Positions 1 to 11,989 of a stretch of 64,000 nucleotides of DNA are shown here, piece after piece. The stretch is from contig CM059432.1 of assembly GCA_030390025.1 (NCBI GenBank), forward strand, positions 134,852,001 to 134,916,000. Direction: 5' to 3'. How positions within the stretch are numbered: the first letter of the stretch is position 1; each line of letters begins with the position of its first letter. The translations under genes were made by a program, and so were the position numbers. This DNA comes from Squalus acanthias (lineage: Eukaryota). The notes under the pieces are model-generated. The model was not told the DNA's origin and did not search any database. It saw only the letters and a program-made list of their open reading frames with translations.

Positions 1-1400
1 AGAGATGGTAGCTGTCTACGTCATTAAAAAAACTGAAAAGACTTTCAGTGCTACATAGAAGGAAATCAAGATGTACTGATTAGACTGTGAGAGGTATAAA
101 GGTCAAATGCACAGAGGGCATGCAGTCCAAAGAAGTTAATGAATGCAGAGTTGAATCATCAGCAAAAGAGTGGATATGGTTATGTCATGAATGGTAGAGG
201 TCATAGATAAGAAGGAGGAACAGCGAGAATGAGGACAGAAGTCTGGGTTAAATGGAAAATGAGCTAGAGGACAAACCACTAACTACGGTACAAAGAGTGC
301 AATTTTCAGGAAGACCAGATAGCCATGAACACACCTTAGGTGTGAAGACTATTTTGATAACTTGCTTAGAAGTGCATGATGCCAAACGGGTTAAGTGTTT
401 TAAAAATATCTACAGAAATGACAAATGATTCACCAAAGTGCTTGACAGCAGAGTTAAAGGGGTGGACAATACAAGCAACGATGTCACCAGTGGAACGGCC
501 AGACTGTAAACCATTTTGCAGTCAAAACTTTCAAGGTGTTGGCTAATTTGAGAATTAACAATAAATGCCATAACGTTACTTTGACCAAAGCAAGAGCAAG
601 AAAGTTGTTTTTGGACAAGATGGATCACCTCTCAACAAGAGGACAAACACAAGTTAATTTCCAAGCCAGAAGGAAACTACTGGGAGTAAGAAAGACAGAA
701 GTGAAGTCAAAGTTCAACGGCAAACATCTCGAGGACATTGGGCCAGTTGCCATCAGAGCAAGAGACCTTATTGAGCTCAGAGGGCAGAGAATCCGATAGA
801 ACTGCAAGTAGATTTTAAAAATTATGTCCGTTAAAATCGGAGAACAGAATGGCTTAGTGGAGAACATTTATTGACTAAGATCAGACAAATTAGAGTGGGA
901 AGAGAAAAGTGAATTATAAAGATCATTTTTTCTCTCTAGCAAAACAAGTAATTGTACCGTCAGGACAGAAAAAAAGGATAGAAAAGCAGGAGAATTCACG
1001 AAATGCACAAAGGATAGCTTTAGCCGGTGTCCAGGAGCAGCAGCTGCTGAGGTGGCGGGGGGGAGGGGGAGGGGATTATACAGAGAAGGACAAGAATGGT
1101 TGATCCATCTTTTCCATTAAACTATGCTTCACAGCTCCAACAGCGGATTTACAAGGAGATTACAAGAAGAGATAAAGTTGACTGGACACGGTTGCGAGTG
1201 ATCAAGATGCCAGGTGCGACAGACAGCAATTTATGAGGTACTGCAGAGCAGCAAGTGCGTTTGAACTAAGCTGCAGAGTGAATCCGCCAGAAGGAGGAAG
1301 AATTGGATATGCAGCTTTCTGTACCAACTAAAATATCAGTTCCTTCACTGGCACAAGCAGGTGTCGCCTTTCGACCAAAAGTCGAAGTTGTAAGTGCAAA
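1..1400 (+). mobile_element. Decayed purine-rich coding remnant, possibly LTR/Gypsy-derived
   Basis: Broken ORFs with only weak integrase-like words (DWTRL, H..QVSPF) near 1170-1375. Family not established. Confidence 0.2.
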
Positions 1401-1885
1401 AGGGAGAAAAGTCAGAGGGCTAGAAATTCATTTCCTTACCGACGCTCCGTAGCTGCATGAAATGGCTATAAAATGGCGGCCGCTGCTCTTTCGCCAGCTG
1501 GTGGCGGGTCCCGCAGCGGCCGCCATATTGCTCTCGCCCTTTGCGCTGCTGGTAACTGGCAGCGCCCTGGAAAAAAAAATGGCGTATGTGGTGACGTCAA
1601 TCGGCGTGCAACGCCGACTTAACTTCACCGACGCGAACTTCGACCCTAGCGCTGGATCCTAAGCACGGCAGGTTAAACTGGCACGCAAGCAGGCTGACAG
1701 TGGCGATGTCTGCAGCTCTTAAAGGGACACGTCATTCAGGTAAGTTTGAATTTAGGGGTTTGGACTGTTTTTTTTTATTTTACTGAAGTAGTGGCTTGCT
1801 GCAATAGATGTGAAAAGTTTTTTTTAAGTGTGTAGGGAGTGCTGCTGGACGCTTGCAAGGGCTCGGATGATAAATGAAGGCCTCT

Positions 1886-2012
1886 GAGAAGACAGAACAT
1901 GCTGCGAATGCTCAGCAGGTCACGCAACATCCGTGGAGAGAAAAACAGAGTTCACGTCTCAGGTCGACATGCTGCCTGACCAACTGAGTATTTCCAGCAT
2001 TTTATGCTGTCA
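1886..2012. mobile_element. Short palindromic shark repeat (Penelope terminal-repeat-like), degenerate
   Basis: Homologous to the hairpin element at 54095-54265. Confidence 0.55.
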
Positions 2013-2014
2013 TT

Positions 2015-2800
2015 TCACATATACAGCATCCGCTTGCAGAGGGAAGAGGAAGACGCTGAAGAGGAGGAATCAGACGGAAGGACGCATCCCAGACAGCCCC
2101 TGTGTGGCTGGGATATCCGGGATGGAATCATCTGCTTGCGGTCCCACTGGCTGGGCAGGCTGCCTCTTCTTGTTGACCCACTGGCTGGGCAGGTTGCATG
2201 TCTTGGGTGTGTGAAATGAGGAAGGCGCAAGGGTGGAGTTGTGCTGACGGGAGGGCAGGCAAGCAAGAGGTGCATGCCAGAAGGAGGATAACCTATGAGG
2301 TTACCAGCATCTTGTATCCTTTCAGCCCCGCCGCTGGCCAAGGGCTCAACCATGCCCCTGCCAAGAATGGCCTGCACCGTCTCCTCCAAGGGGGTGAGGT
2401 GAGGCTAGGAATGGGAGATGTGTCTCGTCATTGGTGCAGATTGTGGGTGGGTGAGTGATTGGGGTTCATGCATTGAGCAGTGTGTGAGGCTAGTGGTGCA
2501 GTTGGTAGGAGGCGGCTTTGGAAGATGCATTCACTGACCTTGACCAATGGTCTGAGGTCATGAAGCTTCTTTGGGCACTGGAGCCAGGTGGTGGGGGCGA
2601 CACTGCTGGCAGCGACGACCTTAGTAATGTACTCCTACATCGTTCTTTTTGGAGGGCCTCCTGGCCCCTGTGGGTAGAGGGCCGCTCTTGCAGTGTTTAC
2701 CCCCTGCACAAAGCTGGAGTGCTGCTTGTCAGACCCTCGGTGCCCCTTCCCTGGCTTGCTGAGCAATTTGTGTTAGTGCTGAGACAGATTCCCCATTTGT
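2015..2800 (-). pseudogene. Harbinger Myb/SANT-like partner gene, frameshifted and intron-containing
   Basis: Fragments REGAPR..., ASSVAPTTWLQCPKKLHDLRPLVK followed by a gtcagt donor, then LTPLEETVQAILGRG followed by gtaacc. Confidence 0.65.
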
Positions 2801-4091
2801 TGAGGTTAGGAAGATGATTCAGCTTTAACAGCTGAATATTCACATTTGGAACTTCTTTTAAATGTTGAATATTTTTTTTAAAGGCAGAAAGGGCTGAAAA
2901 ATGTATTGATTGAAGCAATACAAGATAAAATGCAGTCAGTGTGCATGGCCCTTTAAATATCAGACCTCTTCATTGCCCACAATTCCTTGCGAGCGCCACA
3001 GCTTCGCTCACAGGCTGTGAGAAGCTGTAACGCCAGACCTGGACAGGAACTTCGTCCCGGATCCCTCCAGCAACGCCACCAGGATGGCACTGCACGGAAG
3101 GTGAACGCTGCGCCACCTATCTCCATGCCCCCCAGACCAATTTCACTCGGTTAGCGTTGCGGCCATTTCCAGCAGCCGTTAACTGCAGTTGCCTGCTGGC
3201 GAACACGAATTTTTCCCCCCCAAAAGTGCTGAAACTTAATGTGATTTGTTGGATGATATTATGCTAGAGGGAAATACAAGACAGTGCTCAGAAAAAACAC
3301 AGTGCTAAGGAAATAAAGAGAGTGCAAGAGTTAGGACTGGAAGCAAGGGAAAAAAATGTCTAGATTAGCTGAATTGCCAGGCCAATCAGTGATACTGCGA
3401 GAAACAATGATTGAAGGCAGGATTACTGGAGCTACCATCAGTGTTGCAGAAGTACAGGATAAAGCAAGAGGAGGAGGAGGCAACAAGTGATGAAACAGAA
3501 AGGGCAGCAAGTATGAAAAACCTCAGGCACCAAAAGGGAGGGAGCTGGGAGGGAGAGAGGGAGAAGAGAAAGGGTAACGTTCAAAGAGGTGATTAGCAGT
3601 GTGAGAGGGGGGCAGGAAAGAGGTAGAGATAGTTTTTTTTTTAAATCACCCTTGTGAAACTTGGTAGTGTGTGAGAGTTGCTGGTGTTACTGCCCCAGGA
3701 AATCCATCGTCTAGATCACAGACTTATCATCAGTCCCCCTTGGCTTGATTTTATGTTTACCGAACACCTGATTGCATCCCTTAAATTTGTGTTTTCAAAG
3801 TTATTCCTGTGCCTGTCGGTAGTGACAGCAGGTTCTTAATAAAAAAAAAGTGTCCTGCCTGTTAAATTAAAACGCCATCATTATCAACAAGAGATAGCAG
3901 ACCAAGAAAAAGACAGATATAAAAATTATATATTTATTTCTTGGTGAATCTCTCACCGATGGTCAGAGAAAATGGGAGGTGTTTTAGCAACAGGCAACAG
4001 GCCAAGAGCGCCCAGCGTCACCGCCAGAGAACGAATATATATTCACTGTTTGACTACAAGTTTCAACAGGTTATTACCACCAAGACCTCAC

Positions 4092-4220
4092 CTTGTTGGA
4101 CATCTTTTGGCACAGCTGCTCTGTAGTGTGGATTAAAGTCTGGTCCAGATCCACCATCAATACTAATTTTCTGTTTTTATGTAACCACTGTTGATCCTCT
4201 CGACCCAACTGTTCAGCTTG
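4092..4220 (-). CDS. CTDP1: CTDP1 coding exon 4 (129 nt), start of the FCP1-homology HAD phosphatase domain
   Basis: Acceptor cacag|CAA and donor AAG|gtgagg. Encodes QAEQLGREDQQWLHKNRKLVLMVDLDQTLIHTTEQLCQKMSNK with the DxDxT motif. Confidence 0.97.
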
Positions 4221-4299
4221 CTGTGTGGTAGGGGAAAGGGGGTAAAAGAAAGCGAGAATAAGCAATTAAAAAAAAAAATCTATATCTATTAATATAACC

Positions 4300-4735
4300 A
4301 GTACATAGAATTTTACAGCACGGAAACAGGCCATTCGGCCCAACAGGTCTATGCCGGTGTTTATGCTCCACACGAGCCTCTTCCCACTTACTTCATCTAA
4401 TCCTATCAATATAACCTTCTATTCCTTTCTCTCTCATGTACTTATCTAGCTTCCCCTTAAATGTATCTATTCTATTCACCTCAACTACTCCCTGTGGTAG
4501 CGAGTTCCACATTCTAACCACTCTCTGGCTAAAGACTGTTTCTCCTGAATTCCTATTGGATTTATTAGTGACTATTTTATATTGATGGCCCCTAGTTTTG
4601 GACTCCCCAAAGTGGAAACATCTTCTCTACTTCTACCCCCATCAAATGCCTTCATAATTTTAAAGACCTCTATCGGATCACCTCTTAGTCTTCTCTTTTC
4701 TAGAGAAAAGAGCCTCAGCCTGTTCAGTCTTTCCT
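4300..4735 (-). mobile_element. CR1 LINE 3' fragment
   Basis: Reverse strand reads LFSLEKRRLRGDPIEVFKIMK, followed by the GGCCGAATGGCC 3' tail. Confidence 0.85.
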
Positions 4736-5485
4736 TCAGTCAGTTCTGTTATCATGAACACTTTGCACCCACTTTTTCCCCATTCTTAGAATCATAAAAT
4801 CTTACAGCACAAAAGGAGGCCATTCGGCCCATCGTGCCTGTGCCAGTTCTACATTTCCTGCTTCAATCAGAAAGGCGACACGGTCTGCTCTATGAATTTG
4901 TCACCGACCGCTGTGAGCTTGATTGTGACTGGCTGTCAGGAGACGCACCACTGCGCAGCATGTCCAATCCTGTCTGTTTTCCCCTGTGAAATTAACTCCC
5001 ATCCTTATCATTGAAGGATACCAACAGGGAAAAATAGAGTAAATGTTCCTTTTTAACAGGAATAGGAATGACTCTGTAGAACAGACACATAAAAGGATAC
5101 AAAGAAAGATACAAAAAAAAAACACATACTTGGGGAAAAAATGCAGTGGAATGAATAAAATATCTAGAATTACTTCTTAAAAGGACAGAAGGAAATACAA
5201 CCGAACATAAATTATATTGAGGGAAAACGGCAAAAGCAAGAAAACATTTTTGCTTACAAGTAACTTGGACAACTAAACATTCAAATAAATATGAATGTAC
5301 AAGTACCAACTAGAACAACCTGAACACTGTCCAATAAACAAGGCACAGCGCCATCTGCCGATACAAGTGCCACTTACTGGTTACAGCACCATCTACTGGA
5401 TTCACAAAGATCAGCTAAAAATCTGTCCAGCTGGAAATTCCCCTAAAGGAGGCTAGGGTAACTAATTGAAAACCTCATTCTTTGG

Positions 5486-5502
5486 ATGGGGTGGGGGGGG
5501 GG

Positions 5503-5554
<52 letters not shown>

Positions 5555-5572
5555 CAGACAGACAGAGACAGA
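5486..5572. repeat. Poly-G plus (GA)n microsatellite
   Basis: Seen directly, about 50 nt downstream of the exon 3 donor. Confidence 0.95.
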
Positions 5573-5624
5573 ACACAAAATTGTACAACGGAAGAGACTT
5601 GATCTTAATTCTGCAAGCACTTAC

Positions 5625-5718
5625 TTCTGAGCTGACCATCAGCTCTGGAACACTGTGAACCATAGACACAGTTGCTGTGGATAGGGGCACCATTTGCTTC
5701 CCATTCTTCTTCTGTAAT
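5625..5718 (-). CDS. CTDP1: CTDP1 coding exon 3 (94 nt)
   Basis: Acceptor tttttcag|A and donor GAA|gtaagt. Encodes (Q)LQKKNGKQMVPLSTATVSMVHSVPELMVSSE. Confidence 0.96.
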
Positions 5719-6756
5719 CTGAAAAAGGAAATTTGAACAATGGATTAATCACTATACAGTGCAAAATAGTCTTGGATCAGATTAAGAATAAACTATATTT
5801 TCCATCCCAATTTCCTCCATCTTCTTCTGTGGCAGTTCATGTCGGGATGAGACTCCAGAGGCACTGGCAGTTCTCCGGCACTTTTCCCAACTGCCTGCCC
5901 TTCGTTTATGAATCCAGTGATCACCAGCAGGTTATTTGACAGTCCAGGAGAGAGAGGGAGAAGTGGGCATCAAACCAAGCACAATCCTGATCCATGCCAG
6001 TGCTTATGTTCCACACAAGCCTCCTCCCACCCCTCTTCATCTAATTCTATCAGCATATCCTTCTATTCCTTTCCCCCTCAGGTGCTTATCTAGCTTCCCC
6101 TTAAATGCATCTATGCTATTCGCCTCAACTACTCCTTGTGGCAGCGAGTTTCACATTCTCACCACTCTATGGATACAGATGTTTCTCCCCGTTGGATTTA
6201 TTGGTGACTAACTTTATGGCCTCTAGTTTTGGTCTCCCCCACAAGTGGAAACATTAACTTAAAGACCTCTATCAGGTCACCCCCTCAGTCTTCTCCTTTC
6301 TAGAGAAAACAGCCCCAGCCTGTTCAGTCTTTCCTGATAGTTATAACCTCACAGTTCAGGTATCATCCTTGTGAATCTTTTTTGCACCTTCTCCAGTGCC
6401 TCTATTTATAATATGGAGACCAGAACTGTTCACAGTACTCCAAGTGTGGTCTAACCAAGGTTCTATAGAAATTTAACAAAACTTCCCTGCTTTTCAATTC
6501 TATCCTTCTAGAAATGAACCTCAGTGCTTGGCTTGCTTTTTTTAATGAGCATGGAGGCAGAGGGAATGGCTGAGGTGCTAAATGAGTACTTTGCATCTGT
6601 CTTCACCAAGGAAGAAGATGCTGCCATAGACATAGTAAAGAAGAGGTAGAGGAGATACTTGACTGGATAAAAATTGATAAAGAGGAGGTACTAGAAAGGC
6701 TGGCTGAACTTAAAGTAGATAAGTCACCAGGACCGGATGGGATGCATCCTAGGATT

Positions 6757-7272
6757 GGGACTCAACTCTTTGGAGTTCAGAAGAATGAGAGGCGATCTGA
6801 TTGAAACATACAAGATTGTGAAGGGGCTTGATCGGGTGGATGCGGTGAGGATGTTCCCAATGATGGGTGAAACTAGAACTAGGGGACATAAACTTAGAAT
6901 AAGGGGCTGCTCTTTCAAAACTGAGATGAGGAGAAACTTCTTCACTCAGAGGGTAGTGGGTCTGTGGAATTTGCTACCCCAGGAAGCTGTGGAAGCTACT
7001 TCATTAAATAAATTTAAAACAGAAATAGACCGTTTCCTAGAAGTAAAGGGAATTAGGGGTTACGGGGAGCGGGCTGGAAATTGGACATGAGTGAGTTCGG
7101 ATCGGTCAAGGCCCTGTGGGTGGCGGAGCGGGCCCAGGGGCCGAGTGGCCTGGTCCTGCTCCTACTTCTTGTGTTCTTTAGAGTTGAGGTTGGATCAGAT
7201 CAGCCATGATCTCATTGAATGGCGGAGCAGGCTCGAGGGGCCGATTGGTCTACTCCTGCTTCTATTTCTTAT
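6757..7272 (+). mobile_element. Second CR1 family 3' fragment inserted in the CR1 above, with two tandem 3' tail motifs
   Basis: SLEFRRMRGDLIETYKI...RNFFTQRVVGLWN. Host CR1 sequence resumes at about 7275. Confidence 0.85.
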
Positions 7273-7406
7273 GTCGGACGATGAGGGAAGTGAAGGAAGA
7301 AATCACGGAGGTACTGGCCATAATCTTCCAATCCTCCTTAGAAACGGGGGTGGTGCCAGAGGACTGGAGAATTGCAAATGTTACACCCTTGTTCAAAATG
7401 GGTGTA

Positions 7407-7627
7407 CTCTTTTTGTTGGGTGATTAGCCAATTAGTCTGTAAATTAATAAAACTTTAAAAGAACCTTAACAAATTAAATTAAAATTGTGTTGGCCGGGGT
7501 GATGATGCACTCTAGTCCCCGCGGCGCCCACCGGTCGCAGAAGGCCTCAAGCGTGCCGGCGGACACCGCGTGCTCCATCTCCAGGGCCACCCGGGCGCGA
7601 ACATGGCTGCGGAAGAGGGGCAGGCAA
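7407..7627 (-). mobile_element. 5'-truncated L1/Tx1-type retrotransposon 3' end
   Basis: 15-bp TSD TTCAAAATGGGTGTA (7392-7406 and 7628-7642). Reverse strand reads CLPLFRSHVRARVALEMEHAVSAGTLEAFCDRWAPRGLECIITPANTILI* plus an AT-rich 3'UTR. Confidence 0.8.
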
Positions 7628-10004
7628 TTCAAAATGGGTGTAAAGATAAACCCAGCAACTACAGGCCAGTCAGTTTAACCTTGGTAGTGGGGAAGCTTTT
7701 AAGAAACAATAATCAGGGACAAAATTAACAGTCACTTGGAGAACTATGGATTAATTAAGGAAAGCCAGCACGGATTTGATAAAGGCAAATCGTGTTTAAC
7801 CAACTTGATTGAGTTTTTTTGATGAGGTAACAGAAAGGGTTGATGAGGGCAAAGCGGTTGACGTAGTGTACACAGATTTCCAAAAGGCGTTTGACAAAGT
7901 GCCACATAATAGGCTTGCCAGCAAAGTTGAAGCCCATGGAATAAAAGGGACAGTGGCAGCATGGATACGAAATTGGCTCAGTGACAGGAAACAGAGAGTA
8001 GTGGTGAACGGTTGTTTTTCGGATTGGAGGAAGGTATACAGTGGGGTTCCCCAGGGGATGGTACTAGGACCACTGCTTTTCTTGATATATATTAATGACT
8101 TGGATGTGGGTGTACAGGGCACAATTTCAAAATTTGCAGATGACACAAAACTTGGAAGTATAGTGAACAGTGAGGAGGACAGTGATAGACTTCAGGAAGA
8201 CATAGACAGGTTGGTGAAATGGGCGGACACGTAGCAGATGAAATTTAACGCAGAAAAGTGCGACATGATACATTTTGGTAGAAAGAATGAAGAGAGGAAA
8301 TATAAACTAAAGGGTACAATCCTAAAAGGGGTGCATGAATAGAGAGACCTAGGGGTATATGCGCGCAAATCGTTGAAGGTGGCAGGGCAGGTTGAGAAAG
8401 CAGTTAAAAAAGCTTACGGGATCCTGGGCTTCATGAATAGAGGTATAGAGTACAAAAGCGTGGAAATTATGATGAACCTGTATAAAACACTGGTTCGGCC
8501 TCAACTAGAGTACTGTGTCCAATTCTGGGCACCACACTTCAGGAAGGATGTGAAGGCCTTGGAGCGAGTGCAGAAAAGAGTTACGAGAATGATTCCAGGG
8601 TTGAGGGACTTCAGTTACGTTGATAGACTGGAGAAGCTGGGCTGGTTCTCCTTAGAACAGAGAAGATTGAGAGGAGATTTGATAGAGTTGTTCAAAATCA
8701 TGAGGGGTCTGGACAGAGTAGATAGAAACAGTTCCCATTGGCAGAAGGGTCAAGAACTAAAGGACACAGATTTAAGGTAATCGGCAGAACCAAAGGTGAC
8801 ATGAGGAAAAACTTTATTACTCAGCGAGTGGTTCGGATCTGGAATGCACTGCCTGAAAGGGTGGTGGAGCAGACTCAATCGTGGCTTTCAAAAGGGAGTT
8901 GGATAAGTAGCTGAAGGGAAAAAACATGCAGGGCTACAGGGAAAGGGACTAGCTAAAGTGCTCTTGCAGAGAGCCGGCATGGGCTCGACAGGCCAAATAG
9001 CCTTCTTCTGTGCTGTAACCATTCTATGATTAACCTGCATCGCTACTTTTCATGATTTGTGTATCTGTACCCCTAGATCCCTTTGCTCCTCTACCCCATT
9101 TAGACTCTTATTATCCAAGCAGTATATGGCCTTATTCTTCCTACCAAATTGCACCACCTCACACTTACCTATATTGAAATTAACTTGCCAATTACACACC
9201 CATTCTGCAAGTTTCTTGTACTTTGTCACATTCTTCCTTTGTATTGACTGCAGCCCCCCCCAATTCGGTATCCTCCACAAATTTAGAAATTGTACTTCCA
9301 ACTCTCGAGTCCAAATCGTTAATGTAAATTGTGAACAACAGCAGGTTGTACAGATACACGCAGCAGGTATCACTGGACAGCGATCAGAAGGATCTCGTTG
9401 CTCATTTCTCCTTCTCCAGCCCAGGGACATGTAGGCCAGCTGTAGATCACAAGGGATCACAACTAACTCAGCACGAACCAAATGACCTTCCTTGCAGATT
9501 GCTGCCCGTACCACACCAAAGAGTGCATTTCCCCACTGAGCCAGCAGAGCTCCAATTTTAACTCTCAAAGCTGATCCATATATTTCTATACAGATGAAAT
9601 GCTGAAGTCACCCGGTTTCTGTTCATGGTACAGACTGGATTCGCACTATTGAATGCCATCCTCCTCATCACCATTTTAATTAGACCACCGCGTTATACCT
9701 GGATATTTAAAGTGCCCGTATGTTTAATATGCTTCTGTAAAAATTCAAATAGTTACAGTGGCTCCCAATTTTAAATTAGAAGCACCAATATCAAGGCCAG
9801 AAAAATTAAGATTTGCTTCTTTTCTCCAACCCTAACTAGAAATATGGCACTATCCCACCCTGTTCCTAACAGCTGCAGTATTATGTAAGTTATAGTGTGG
9901 GTGGAAGTAGAGACAGCCTGGGAGTTGCAGCAGACAGATGCAAGAGGGTTTGTGGATTTAAACAGCTGCACAATGAAGAGGAAACGATAACGGGAGTAAA
10001 GAAT

Positions 10005-10583
10005 TATGTACCAACATTATATACCAACGCTGCCTCCGCAAGATCCTGCAAATCCATTGGCAGGATAGGCGCACCAACGTCAGTGTTCTCGCTCAGGCCA
10101 ACACCCCCAGCATCGAAGCTTTGACCACGCTCGATCAGCTCCGATGGACGGGCCACACCGTCCGCATGCCCGATACGAGACTCCCAAAACAAGCGCTCTA
10201 GTCGGAACTCCGGCACGGCAAGAGAGCCCCAGGTGGACAGAGGAAACGCTTCAAGGACACCCTCAAAGGCTCCTTGAAAAAGTGCAACATCCCCACCGAC
10301 ACCTGGGAATCCCTGGCCCAAGACCGCACAAAGTGGAGGAGAAGCATCCAGGAAGGCACCGAACACCTCGAGTCTCTTCGCCGGGAGCAAGCGGAAGCCA
10401 AGCACAACAGCGGAAGGCAGCGCAAGTCAACCCAAGCACCCCACCTACCCACCCCTTCAACCACCGTCTGCCCCACCTGTGAGAGACTGTAGGTCCCGCA
10501 TTGGACTCAGTAGCCACCTGAGAACTCATTTTTAGTGTGGAAGCAAGTCATCCTCGGTTCCGAGGGACTGCCTAAGAGAAGAC
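10005..10583 (+). mobile_element. RTE (BovB-like) LINE 3' fragment
   Basis: QRCLRKILQIHWQDRRTNVSVL...LRWTGHTVRMPDTRLPK...GGQRKRFKDTLK, then a C-terminal CPTC and a GGACTGCCTAAGAGAAGA tail. Confidence 0.9.
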
Positions 10584-11611
10584 CCATCAATACAAATGTA
10601 AAACATCCTGGGCTAACTAGGCGCAGCCATTCTTTCCCAAGTTTAGTGCGTTCTTCAATAAAGTCTATCTGGTAGCGTCTGACCATCGAGAATGCTGGAA
10701 TAATGGTACCCAACAGGAAACGCAGTGGTGCTGTGCACAGTGCCAGAGTGGTGCAACACAAGTTGAATGTCCCGCTCCACTGAGTGCCTAGGAACAGATG
10801 TGCTGCTGCAGGTCAATGTTGAACCAGAGGCCAGGCATTTCAGAGCAGTGGTAAAAATACTCTCAGATGGAGGTGTCCAACAGACCGTTCTCAGGCACCT
10901 CCTGATGAATTGGTGTCTTGGTTTTTTTCAAACTTTTATTTGCTTTTAAAAATCCTTCCGAGTCACTCTTTTTAAAAATTAAAGCAGATTTTCATCCAAA
11001 TATTGACAGGCTTGCCAGTTAGTGCGAACTCCTGAAATCAGCAATGCTCACTACAATATTACTGACACACAGTATTACAAAGACAATGACACACATTCAC
11101 ACACACTAGATTATTAATCAAAGTTTTTGTGGCATGAATGTGGGCAATTTTTGATGGAGGAGATTTTTTTGGAACTCTTTGAAATGGGATTTTTTTTTTT
11201 TTTTTAAAAAGAAACATACTCTGAGGGAAAATGGAACAATCATTTTCCACCTTTACCTATTTTCAGCCCCTTTTATCATAGTTGCTTTGCTCTCTTTGCC
11301 CCGGGACGCACACCTCCCTCTGTGATCTGCCAATGTTGCTTTGAATGCACTAGGAGATGCTCAAGAGCAACCTGGGGATTATGCCACTTGATTTTTCCTT
11401 CTAAAGACAGCGTAGTGACACCTTTAAGAAATGTTGATGAATTCTTTTTGATGAATTGATTAAGTCGATTATCTGAGCAAGATAATTCTGAATCACAAGA
11501 TGGGAGAGGTTACTCTGAAAATTGCACATTCGGATACTCTGCTTGTTATCGCATACCACTGTACATTTTAAAATAAAGGTGAATAAACAAAAAGAACTAA
11601 AAAGGACTTAC

Positions 11612-11695
11612 TGTGTCAAGTCTTGACCACATGCTGCACAGAGGCCTTTCATAACGATAGGGTGACTGCATCCTTCAAGCCGTACAAGTACACCT
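11612..11695 (-). CDS. CTDP1: CTDP1 coding exon 2 (84 nt)
   Basis: Acceptor ttttgtgcag|A and donor CA|gtaagt. Encodes GVLVRLEGCSHPIVMKGLCAACGQDLT, in frame with exons 1 and 3. Confidence 0.96.
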
Positions 11696-11805
11696 CTGCA
11701 CAAAATAAATGGAGAAAAATTAGCAGGTACACAAAGATATTTTTTTTAAATATAAATACAACTACGACTGAGATTGATAGATTTTTGTTAAATAAGGGCA
11801 TCAAG

Positions 11806-11967
11806 CAACGTACCCGCTAATTTTTTTAGATGCGCGGCCCCTTTACCGGACTGCGTGGCCCCTTCAAATTATCGCGCACGAGAAGTTTTTGCCATTTAAA
11901 AGCCGGCGAGCGGCCTGCGCGGGATCTCCAGACTGCTGTGCGGCCACGCAGCTTAGCCAGAACATTG
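11806..11967. mobile_element. hAT-type MITE (162 bp)
   Basis: Ends CAACGTAC...GAACATTG; 8-bp TSD GCATCAAG/GTATCAAG; inserted in a CR1 tail. Confidence 0.75.
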
Positions 11968-11989
11968 GTATCAAGAGATACGAAGCCAA

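Larger units (their letters stand above)
1417..3221. mobile_element. PIF/Harbinger deletion derivative retaining the Myb/SANT gene but no transposase
   Basis: Imperfect TIRs GGGCTAGAAATTC / GAATTTTTCCCCC, GC-rich subterminal arms and an internal Myb relic. The right end resembles the TIR at 49409. Confidence 0.7.
6546..9030 (+). mobile_element. CR1/HER1-type LINE, 5'-truncated, RT with stops and frameshifts
   Basis: Motifs [49 protein letters not shown] and LVRPQLEYC; ends in an ATTCTATGATT tail. Confidence 0.93.
5985..9340 (-). mobile_element. CR1 LINE (pieces 5985-6545 and 9030-9340) split by nested insertions
   Basis: RT C-terminal motifs YRTLVRPHLEYCEQFWSP and WQVNFNIGKCEVVQFG lie on the two sides of the inserted block. 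Confidence 0.8.

Noticed and set aside
1..4091. CTDP1 exon 5
   Set aside because: No GIFHFQL-like exon was seen; it presumably lies beyond the window start.
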